From an uncultured Pirellula sp. (GTDB lineage Bacteria; Planctomycetota; Planctomycetia; Pirellulales; Pirellulaceae): 64,000 bases of DNA. The DNA lies in the NCBI GenBank assembly GCA_903892355.1, contig CAITIE010000090.1, positions 109,604 through 173,603 of the forward strand, in the 5' to 3' direction. Position 1 is the stretch's first letter. Each line of letters opens with the position of its first letter. Position numbers and translations under genes: made by a program. Below are positions 55,887 to 63,659 of the stretch, one piece after another. Under the pieces are notes generated by a model. The model saw only the letters and a list, made by a program, of their open reading frames with translations. It had not been told where the DNA came from and did no database searches.

Positions 55887-57452
55887 CTAATCCTGCGCCT
55901 TGCGATCGGAGCGTTTTGATTTTTTTCCGGTGATTCCTTCGAAGGAGGATTTGCGGCGAAGAAGATGGTGATAGTGCTGGGCAAAGCGGTGGGCTTCGTC
56001 GCGGACATACTGCAGCAATCGCAATGCGAACGATTCCCGTCCGAGTCGTATCGGCTCCTTTTCACCGGGTCGGAAAATCTCCTCTTCCTTTTTGGCGAGT
56101 GAGACCATAACGGGCGGGGTGATGTCGCAGTCTCGAAATGCGGCGAGGGCCGCGTTGAGTTGCCCTTTGCCGCCATCGATCATCAGCAGATCGGGAAACG
56201 CTTCTTGCTCATCGTGCAGACGTTTGAATCGTCGCGCGATGACTTCATGGATCGATCGAAAATCGTCGATTCCATCCACCCCTTGGATTTTGTAGCGCCG
56301 ATATCCAGGTTTGAACGGCAGGCCATCGAGAAATTGCACGAGCGATGCGACCGTATCGCTTCCGCCGAGGTGGGCGATATCCACCCCTTCGATGACGCGT
56401 GGTTCACGGTCCATGCCGAGCACCTTCTTCAGAGCCCGCATTCCTTTTTGAGGATCGATGTAAAAGACCTCGGGCTGGGCATGCGTATCGATCTCGCCTC
56501 GGCGATCGAGATTCTCAAGCAACCGGATTTCATCGCGAAGCCGTGCGGCGCGCTCGAAATCGAGTTGCACCGAGGCTTCTTTCATCTCGTCCCGCATCTG
56601 GGACAGCAATCGCGTGCTACCCCCTTCGAGAAAGGTTTGCAGTCGCCGAATATCGCGTCGGTAATCGGCCTTGCTAATGCGTAAATTGCAGGGCGCCGTG
56701 CACTGATCGATGGATGCTAAGAGACAAGGGCGAAACCATTGCCAACGCGGATCTGTGTCATCGATGTCGAGCGAACAAGTACGAAACTTGAAGACTCGCT
56801 GCATGACTTGCAACGCGCCCCGCAACTGGCCAGCGCTCGTGAACGGCCCGTACAGCTTGGCCCCTTTTTCGCGCGGGGTTCGGGTCACTTCGACGCGAGG
56901 AAATGCCTCGTGGGTGGTGATCATTAAATACGGAAATGTTTTATCGTCCTTGAGGTCCTTGTTGTGACGCGGCTGAATGTCCTTGATCAAACGGTTTTCC
57001 GTCAGCAAGGCATCGACTTCATTGCTGCACTCCATGAAGTCGATGTCGGCGATCTCGTGGATCCAATCCGCCGTTCGGATTTCCTGAGCTGCAGCCGCGT
57101 GAAAGTAGCTACCGGCCCTCGCTCGCAAGTTCTTCGCCTTGCCAACATAAATCACGACTCCCGAAACGTCCTTCATCAAGTACACGCCGGGGCTTTGCGG
57201 AAACTCCCGGACCTTTTCCGCCGACCGACGGAACCCGACATTCCCCGATAACAAGTCTTGGATGCGTCCTAGCAATTCCGGAGTCGGCGTTGCCAGAAAC
57301 TCGTCGCTCGCTTCGTCGGGGTCAACCTCGCCGGGGGACTGAGCTTCGCCCGAAAGCCCGTCATCGGTGAGGCTGTCGTCATCGGTGAGGCTGTCGTCAT
57401 CGGTGAGGCTGTCGTCATCGGTCGAGCTATCCTGGTCGTCTGGATTGGTCAT
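55887..57452 (-). CDS. uvrC: Excinuclease ABC subunit C, lacking the C-terminal (HhH)2 domain and carrying an acidic repeat N-terminal extension
   Basis: GIY-YIG (GVYLMKDVSGVVIYVGKAKNLRAR), a UVR domain (DFERAARLRDEIRLLENL) and an RNase-H-like endonuclease domain (IEGVDIAHLGG, RDEAHRFA). 521 aa. Confidence 0.85.
   Translation of the reverse strand: MTNPDDQDSSTDDDSLTDDDSLTDDDSLTDDGLSGEAQSPGEVDPDEASDEFLATPTPELLGRIQDLLSGNVGFRRSAEKVREFPQSPGVYLMKDVSGVVIYVGKAKNLRARAGSYFHAAAAQEIRTADWIHEIADIDFMECSNEVDALLTENRLIKDIQPRHNKDLKDDKTFPYLMITTHEAFPRVEVTRTPREKGAKLYGPFTSAGQLRGALQVMQRVFKFRTCSLDIDDTDPRWQWFRPCLLASIDQCTAPCNLRISKADYRRDIRRLQTFLEGGSTRLLSQMRDEMKEASVQLDFERAARLRDEIRLLENLDRRGEIDTHAQPEVFYIDPQKGMRALKKVLGMDREPRVIEGVDIAHLGGSDTVASLVQFLDGLPFKPGYRRYKIQGVDGIDDFRSIHEVIARRFKRLHDEQEAFPDLLMIDGGKGQLNAALAAFRDCDITPPVMVSLAKKEEEIFRPGEKEPIRLGRESFALRLLQYVRDEAHRFAQHYHHLLRRKSSFEGITGKKSKRSDRKAQD
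57361..57432 (-). repeat. In-frame coding tandem repeat, 18-bp unit x3 perfect plus one degenerate copy, encoding (DDDSLT)n in the UvrC N-terminus
   Basis: TCATCGGTGAGGCTGTCG x3 read directly on the + strand. Confidence 0.9.
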
Positions 57453-57476
57453 CGCTTGGGGTTTCGTAGCTCTCTC

Positions 57477-57520
57477 GTTTTTAGGGACGCTGTTTTTAGG
57501 GAAGCTGTTTCTGGGGACGA
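57477..57520. repeat. Intergenic tandem repeat, 15-bp unit GTTTTTAGGGA(C/A)GCT x2 plus one diverged copy
   Basis: Read directly. Lies 25 nt upstream of the uvrC start, in the uvrC/rpe divergent region. Confidence 0.85.
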
Positions 57521-57783
57521 TTTGCAGCAGGGTAATCGCTTTGCAGCTAAGGGAATAAGGTGCAATGGTGGGACGCGGAGCAATTAGGCGAATGGGGGCG
57601 AAACCACCTTCGGTCGATATCCGTTGAGCCGCGGATCTGGGTAAGTCGAAACACCCCTCTTCAGGGTGGTTTTTTCTCGGGTTCTCTTGGCTGAATCTTC
57701 CATTTTGCCCCTTGTGGATTCCGCCCGCGGTTGGTTATCGTTGGTTCAAATTCCAACGTTTGGATCCTCGTAAATAAATCCCT

Positions 57784-58497
57784 ATGCCTGAACTTGGTTC
57801 TCGCACCGAAACAACGGTTCGCTTCTTGCGGGCGGCTCGGCCGACGATTCTACCCTCTTTGCTCCTTTGCGATTTCGCAAATCTTCAGCGGGAGGTGGAA
57901 TTGCTTGAGGAAGCCGGTGTCGAGGTTCTCCATTTAGACGTCATGGACGGCCATTTTGTGCCGAACTTGACGTATGGTATGCCGCTCGTCCAGTCGTTGC
58001 GACGGATTACGGAATTGAAGATCGACGTCCATTTGATGATTTCCGATCCGGCGCAGTATGCAATGCAATTTGTCGACGCAGGGGCGGACAGCATCACGTT
58101 CCATGTCGAGGCGACGCCGGACCCGGAGCCTATTCTCGCCAGGATTCGTGGAGGAGGTGTCGCGGCGGGGTTGGCGATCAATCCTACGACGCCTTTTGAC
58201 GAGTTATTGCCCCATGTGGGCAGTTGCGATTTGGTGTTAGTGATGAGTGTGGCAGCAGGGTTTGGCGGCCAACCCTTCAATCCGATCGCATTGGAGCGTC
58301 TGAGTCATCTCCGTTCCAAGTTTGGACCTGAACTACTTTTGGAAGTGGACGGAGGGATCAATGCCGACACGATCGGCCCCGCCACCGCTTCAGGAGCGGA
58401 CCTGCTTGTTGCAGGCTCCGCTATTTTCCGCGAGGCGGATTACTGCCAAGCGATGACGCGTCTCCGTTGCAAGTTCCAAAGCGTGAACATCCCGTGA
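57784..58497 (+). CDS. rpe: Ribulose-phosphate 3-epimerase
   Basis: SLLLCDFANLQREVELLEEAGVEVLHLDVMDGHFVPNLTYG, VMSVAAGFGGQ and EVDGGI motifs. Confidence 0.9.
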   Translation: MPELGSRTETTVRFLRAARPTILPSLLLCDFANLQREVELLEEAGVEVLHLDVMDGHFVPNLTYGMPLVQSLRRITELKIDVHLMISDPAQYAMQFVDAGADSITFHVEATPDPEPILARIRGGGVAAGLAINPTTPFDELLPHVGSCDLVLVMSVAAGFGGQPFNPIALERLSHLRSKFGPELLLEVDGGINADTIGPATASGADLLVAGSAIFREADYCQAMTRLRCKFQSVNIP

Positions 58498-58531
58498 GTG
58501 CGGCTTACTCTTTTTCGGAGTTTGGGTTTGT

Positions 58532-59152
58532 ATGAGTAAAGTTGTGGTCGTTCGTCCAGGTTCGACCTCGTTCGATGAACAAGATCGTATGAAAGGGTGC
58601 TTGGATATACCCCTTTCGACCGCCGGACTCGAGCAAGTCCGAAGAATGGCGAGTGAGATAGCGCATCTACCAATTACGGTTGTTTACTGTGGCCCATGCG
58701 AATCCGCCCAAGCTACCGCGAGGGAGATCGCTGACGCCACAGGGTGTCGCTGGAAGGTCTACGAGTGCTTTCAAAACCTTGATCATGGGCTTTGGCAAGG
58801 CAAGTGCATCGAGGAAATCAAACGTCAACAGCCCAAGCTGTACAAGCAGGTTCAAGACAATCCTCGGGCGTTTAGTCCACCTGGCGGCGAGACGATCGAC
58901 GCGGCGGAGTCTCGCATCGCGAAGCATTTGGCAAAACTGCAAAAAAAACACGCCAACGAAACCATCGCGGTGGTGATTCCCGAGCCGATGGCGACCTTGG
59001 TCGCTAGCAAGCTGAAGTCGGTTGATTTTGAGGACCTTTGGAAGTCGGAATGCGACAAAGGCTCCTGGGAAATCATCGGCGATCGCCAAGACTCCGCATC
59101 CCCAACGGGCGATGCCCCAGAGCCAGTCGGGGGGGCCGGGTCACGAGGATGA
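58532..59152 (+). CDS. Histidine-phosphatase-superfamily homolog with degenerate catalytic residues
   Basis: The fold pattern is preserved (VVVVRPGSTSFD, DIPLSTAGLEQV, VYCGP, PPGGET). RHG is replaced by RPG, and the second catalytic His region reads VVIPEP. Confidence 0.6.
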   Translation: MSKVVVVRPGSTSFDEQDRMKGCLDIPLSTAGLEQVRRMASEIAHLPITVVYCGPCESAQATAREIADATGCRWKVYECFQNLDHGLWQGKCIEEIKRQQPKLYKQVQDNPRAFSPPGGETIDAAESRIAKHLAKLQKKHANETIAVVIPEPMATLVASKLKSVDFEDLWKSECDKGSWEIIGDRQDSASPTGDAPEPVGGAGSRG

Positions 59153-59354
59153 TCGGGTTGCGACTAGCGTCCGCGTTCACTTTGTGAGAAAACAGGGATT
59201 GCAAACCCTTTTTTCGCGAGAGATTGGTGCTGCAATGAACGGGTGCACTGCAGGATGGATTCTGAGGCATCCCTGAAACTCGACACTCGAAACTTACGGA
59301 CCGCATTGCGGTCCAGGGAAATTTTCGAAGTAGACTCCGAACACGAGCGATTCA

Positions 59355-60209
59355 ATGGCTATTGTGGATACCCCTAAACGCACCAATCCGAACACCGAAG
59401 AGACCAAACGTCGCGGCATCCCCGAGGGTCTATGGATCCGATGCCCAGGTTGTGGCAACTCGATCTACCGGAAGGAGCTTGAAAAGAACCTCAACGTTTG
59501 TCCTAAGTGCCGATACCACAACTACGTCTCGGCCCGCGAACGCATTTCCCAGTTGCTCGATGAGGGGACGTTTGAGGCTTACGATGAGCATGTTCTGCCC
59601 ACCGATCCCCTTCGGTTCTCCGATAAAAAGTCCTACGCGGAGCGGTTGTCGGCGGAGCAGGCTCGGACCGGCCTGACCGATGCCGCGCTCTGCGGGCTCG
59701 GTATGATCCGCGCTCGACGCGTTGCCATCGCGGTCACTGACTCGGCTTTTATCATGGGGAGTATGGGGTCGGTCGTCGGTGAACGACTCACCCGGTTGAT
59801 CGAGCGAGCGACCGAGCAGTCTCTTCCGCTGATCATCGTAAGTGGTTCCGGAGGTGGTGCACGCATGCATGAAGGAATCCTATCCCTCATGCAGATGGCT
59901 AAGGTCTCTGCAGCCTTGGCTCGCTACCATACCGCCGGCGGACTCTACATCAGCGTTCTAACCAATCCCACCATGGGTGGCGTTGCTGCTAGTTTCGCTA
60001 GTCTTGGAGACCTCGTCTTCGCAGAACCTAAAGCCTTGATCGGTTTCGCAGGACCTCGCACCATCAAAGCCACCATCAAAATCGAACTCCCCGAAGGTTT
60101 CCAAACCAGCGAGTTCTTGCTCGAGCACGGCTACATCGATCGCATCGTGGAGCGGTTCCGGCTCAAGACTGAAATTGCTGCCGCGATCGATTACTGCGGC
60201 AAAAGATAA
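59355..60209 (+). CDS. accD: Acetyl-CoA carboxylase carboxyltransferase beta subunit
   Basis: Zinc ribbon [26 protein letters not shown], followed by a carboxyltransferase domain ([18 protein letters not shown]). Confidence 0.9.
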   Translation: MAIVDTPKRTNPNTEETKRRGIPEGLWIRCPGCGNSIYRKELEKNLNVCPKCRYHNYVSARERISQLLDEGTFEAYDEHVLPTDPLRFSDKKSYAERLSAEQARTGLTDAALCGLGMIRARRVAIAVTDSAFIMGSMGSVVGERLTRLIERATEQSLPLIIVSGSGGGARMHEGILSLMQMAKVSAALARYHTAGGLYISVLTNPTMGGVAASFASLGDLVFAEPKALIGFAGPRTIKATIKIELPEGFQTSEFLLEHGYIDRIVERFRLKTEIAAAIDYCGKR

Positions 60210-60291
60210 CCTGAGAGGCTTTGAAAGTCTCAGGTGCACAGGTTGCCTAGGGTGAAGGGTTGTTCGTGCTGCACCCCGCTCTGTTGTTTGC

Positions 60292-60618
60292 TTATTCAGA
60301 ACTGATTGGCAAACTGCTGATCAGGGGGATCCACGCTTCGGCGTGCTCACACACCTCGGTGATTCTCAAACCGAATTTGTCCCCGACCTTGACCACCTCC
60401 CCTTCAGCAATCTTTTGACCATCGATTTCCAGAGACAGCGGTGCATCGCACGATTTTTCGAACTGGATCATCACGCCAGGGACAAACTGCAACACCCGAT
60501 CCACGGGGACGGGTTGCTGGGCCAACGTCACATGGACCTCTGCTTCGATTCGAAGCAGACTCTTCCAAAAGTTCATTTTGGCCGGGTCATTAGTAGTTAA
60601 AGGTTTGGTTGCGGCCAT
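60292..60618 (-). CDS. FliN/SpoA-domain protein (flagellar motor switch/T3SS sorting-platform family), orphan
   Basis: ATG at 60618. VPVDRVLQFVPGVMIQFEKSCDAPLSLEIDGQKIAEGEVVKVGDKFGLRITEV fits the SpoA domain. Confidence 0.65.
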   Translation of the reverse strand: MAATKPLTTNDPAKMNFWKSLLRIEAEVHVTLAQQPVPVDRVLQFVPGVMIQFEKSCDAPLSLEIDGQKIAEGEVVKVGDKFGLRITEVCEHAEAWIPLISSLPISSE

Positions 60619-61028
60619 CCGCTTGCCTGAAGTTTTGGGAGTTTGCAACAAATGCTTTCAAAAAAGAGCTAACGCTGGGCGTCTCTCCTTCCATTCGCCC
60701 TCCCATCAAGGAAAACTTGAACGATTGTTACGAAAATAACCCTTCCATCTCACCTCCCAAACGGGACCTTAACAAGGAATAACCAACTCTTTCGTGGAGT
60801 AATCCGGGTAAATCGCCTTTGCGACGATCGACAATCGACGATAATGGCGTCCTCGAAAAATTGGGGCACGCTGGGATTGCTGGCTTTGCTCATTCACGAC
60901 CGGGGGATCCCAATCGCTCGACGACGCACTCATTGGTTCATTGGTCGCAGAATAGGGCTGGTTGCGGTGGGTGTCGGGTTGGACTGGTCTGTCCCTAGGA
61001 ACGAAAAGGCTACTGGAAAGATTACGCC

Positions 61029-62165
61029 ATGAGCACAGTCACGATCGATTCTGCACTGCCCTTTGGTAGCTATCGCGAATTGGGAAACCAAGAGCTTCGG
61101 GAACGGATTCAAAAAGCTAAACGGGAGCTGGGCTCGAGCCTGTTGATCCTGGGACACCATTACCAACAAGACGAAGTCATCGAGCATGCAGACTTGACCG
61201 GTGACTCGTACCAGTTGAGCAAACTGGCGGCCGACAGCGCCGATTGCCGAACCATCGTGTTCTGCGGTGTTCACTTCATGGCGGAGACCGCGGATATATT
61301 GGCCAATCGTCCAGAGAAATTGGAGTCGCGACACGGAGCACGTGTTCGTGTGGTGTTACCGGATATGGCGGCTGGTTGCTCGATGGCAGACATGGCCGCC
61401 ATCCGTCAAGTCGAATCGGCTTGGGAGCAACTCGGCGAAGTGATCGATAACTCCGACATCACCCCTGTAACCTACATCAACAGCGCGGCAAGTTTGAAGG
61501 CGTTCTGCGGAAAGCATGGCGGGATCGTCTGCACCAGCAGCAATGCGAAAGCTGTTTTGGAGTGGTCGTTCAAGCAACGCAAGCGAGTCTTTTTCTTTCC
61601 CGACCAACACCTCGGCCGTAACACATCGCTCAAAATGGGGATCCCCGTTGAGCACATGCCGGTCTGGAACCCACACGAGGACGTCCTCGGCGGAAACGCT
61701 GAGGAGGCGATTCAGTCCTCCAAGGTGATCCTCTGGAAAGGGCATTGCTCGGTCCACCAGATGTTCCAAGCGGTCCACGTTCATCAGTTCCGTGAAAAAA
61801 TTCCCGGCATCAAGATTTTGGTCCACCCGGAGTGCCCTCAAGAGGTCAACGATATCGCCGATATTTCTGGCTCCACGAGCAAGATCATCGAAACGGTCCG
61901 CAACGCTCCGGCTGGGACCAAGTGGGCCATCGGTACCGAGTTGCATTTGGTCAACCGGTTGAAGAAAGAACATCCCGAGCAAGAAATTCATTTCTTGTCA
62001 CCGTTGGTTTGCATGTGCGCTACCATGTACCGAATCGATCTAGCGCATTTGTGCTGGAGTTTGGAAAACATCGTACGCGGTACCGTCGTCAACCAGATCC
62101 ACGTCAAAGAGGATGTGGCTCGTTGGTCGCTCATTGCCTTAGAACGCATGCTGACGGTCCGTTAG
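61029..62165 (+). CDS. nadA: Quinolinate synthase
   Basis: LILGHHYQQDEV, CGVHFMAETADIL, AGCSMADMA, VHPECPQEV and CMCATMYRI motifs. Confidence 0.9.
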   Translation: MSTVTIDSALPFGSYRELGNQELRERIQKAKRELGSSLLILGHHYQQDEVIEHADLTGDSYQLSKLAADSADCRTIVFCGVHFMAETADILANRPEKLESRHGARVRVVLPDMAAGCSMADMAAIRQVESAWEQLGEVIDNSDITPVTYINSAASLKAFCGKHGGIVCTSSNAKAVLEWSFKQRKRVFFFPDQHLGRNTSLKMGIPVEHMPVWNPHEDVLGGNAEEAIQSSKVILWKGHCSVHQMFQAVHVHQFREKIPGIKILVHPECPQEVNDIADISGSTSKIIETVRNAPAGTKWAIGTELHLVNRLKKEHPEQEIHFLSPLVCMCATMYRIDLAHLCWSLENIVRGTVVNQIHVKEDVARWSLIALERMLTVR

Positions 62166-62191
62166 TACCCACCACCCTTTCGAGAAGACTC

Positions 62192-63451
62192 ATGTTGAAA
62201 TTACCGTTTGTACTCGCGTTTACCGCAATGACCGCCTTTTTCTGGGGCGTTTACGGCGTCGTGCTCCGCTTCGGAACGGCAAAGATGGACCACAATTCTC
62301 TTTGTGCGTTTGTCGGTGTCGGATTGGCCTATTTTTTGATCGCCGTCTTGGTACCCGTCGCTTTGCTCAACCGCAAACGCGAGGTTGGTCACTGGTCGAT
62401 CTCCGGAACGCTCCTTTCGCTTTTCGCCGGCTCCGTGGGCGCTCTTGGTGCACTCGGTGTGGCGTTAGCTTTATCCAATGGTGGTCAAGCGATCTACGTG
62501 ATGCCGATCGTGTTTGGGGGGGCTCCTGTCGTCAACACGTTGCTAACATCGTGGCTCAATAAATCGTTTTCGCAGATCAAACCTCTGTTCTTGCTCGGCA
62601 TGATCCTGGTCGGTTTGGGGATGGTGGGTGTACTCATCACGAAACCTGCTCCGAAACCATCCGCCAATCATGCTGCGTCATCGCACGCGGCTGAAACGGA
62701 TTCGAAGAGCTCCGAGGCTGCATCCGGCTCGAGTCTAAGTGAAAAAGTTTCTGATGCTGCGTCGAAAGTTGAGAGCAAGGTGAAGGGGGTTGTCGAGCGC
62801 GAGGTTCAATGGCTTTATGTTGGATTGTCGATTGCAATGGCAGTCCTGTGTTGGGGCTCTTATGGTCCCTTTTTGCACTTGGGCCAGGGCAAAATGGGAG
62901 GCTCGCGATTGCGACCATTCTGCTGTGTGGGTATCGCTTACTTCGTGATCGCGGTGATCGTTCCGATAGTCATTCTTTTGTCGAGCCAATCCGGTAACTC
63001 ATTCACACTTGAAGGAATGATTTATTCGATCGCAGCGGGAGCTGCGGGTGCATTGGGGGCTCTCGGGATCATCATGGCCTTCACCTATGGCGGCAAACCG
63101 ATCTTTGTCATGCCTTTGGTGTTCGGCTTTGCACCGGTGATCAACACCATCGCCAGCATCACGATCGATCAGACGTTCGGCGGAATCAACTCGGTGTTCA
63201 TCGGATCGGTTCTGCTCGGAATTCTGGGTGCTGTCACGGTCCTGCTAAATGCTCCGAAAGCGATTCCGCACGGGAAACCCGCTCTAGCAACTCCCTCAGC
63301 AGCAACTCCCTCAGCAGCGACTCCCTCAGCAGCAACGGGCGCTTCGCCGTCAGGCCCAATCACCCCGAATGCAATGGAAGCTTCTGCAGGGACTTCCACT
63401 TCCAAGGAATCCACTGAGTCCACATCACCGCCGGAGCCCCCAACCTCGTAG
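62192..63451 (+). CDS. Polytopic membrane protein with internally duplicated halves (DMT/EamA-like?) and a Ser/Ala/Pro-rich tail
   Basis: ATG at 62192 (MLKLPFVLAF); the longer ORF from 61832 overlaps nadA. The two halves align by eye (GALGALGVALALSNGGQAIYVMPIVFGGAPVVNT versus GALGALGIIMAFTYGGKPIFVMPLVFGFAPVINT). Confidence 0.65.
   Translation: MLKLPFVLAFTAMTAFFWGVYGVVLRFGTAKMDHNSLCAFVGVGLAYFLIAVLVPVALLNRKREVGHWSISGTLLSLFAGSVGALGALGVALALSNGGQAIYVMPIVFGGAPVVNTLLTSWLNKSFSQIKPLFLLGMILVGLGMVGVLITKPAPKPSANHAASSHAAETDSKSSEAASGSSLSEKVSDAASKVESKVKGVVEREVQWLYVGLSIAMAVLCWGSYGPFLHLGQGKMGGSRLRPFCCVGIAYFVIAVIVPIVILLSSQSGNSFTLEGMIYSIAAGAAGALGALGIIMAFTYGGKPIFVMPLVFGFAPVINTIASITIDQTFGGINSVFIGSVLLGILGAVTVLLNAPKAIPHGKPALATPSAATPSAATPSAATGASPSGPITPNAMEASAGTSTSKESTESTSPPEPPTS
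63287..63337 (+). repeat. In-frame coding tandem repeat, 15-bp unit GCAACTCCCTCAGCA x3 plus a partial copy, encoding (ATPSA)n
   Basis: Read directly. Lies in the C-terminal tail of the membrane protein. Confidence 0.9.
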
Positions 63452-63659
63452 GATTCGTAAACCGGGTTTGTAAAGCCGTGGAGAGTGGGAAGCACGCAAC
63501 CACCCAACGGAAGGGACGCGAGCGGCTAGTTGCCGCAAAAGGGGGCAATTATCAAAACCAAATCGCCCCCAATCTCGGGGGGCGGCGGTTACAATAAGCC
63601 TAGATTTTCTGAGCGGCCTCCCGCTGTCCCATTCCTCTTTCGCTACTTTCACCCATTCA

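Noticed and set aside
55430-56176. 248-aa minus-strand ORF bridging the pckG 5' end and the uvrC 3' end
   Set aside because: It is an alternative frame of two well-supported genes plus the repeat-containing spacer. I also examined it as a possible frameshifted UvrC HhH remnant, but saw no convincing helix-hairpin-helix pattern.
13991-57520. Possibility that the short tandem arrays are CRISPR arrays
   Set aside because: The copies are directly adjacent with no spacers. The units are 11-21 bp with only 2-4 copies, each array has a different sequence, and no cas genes are present.
61832-62191. 120-aa N-terminal extension of the membrane-protein ORF
   Set aside because: It overlaps the 3' end of nadA in another frame and is not hydrophobic or protein-like. 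ATG 62192 starts directly with a TM helix.
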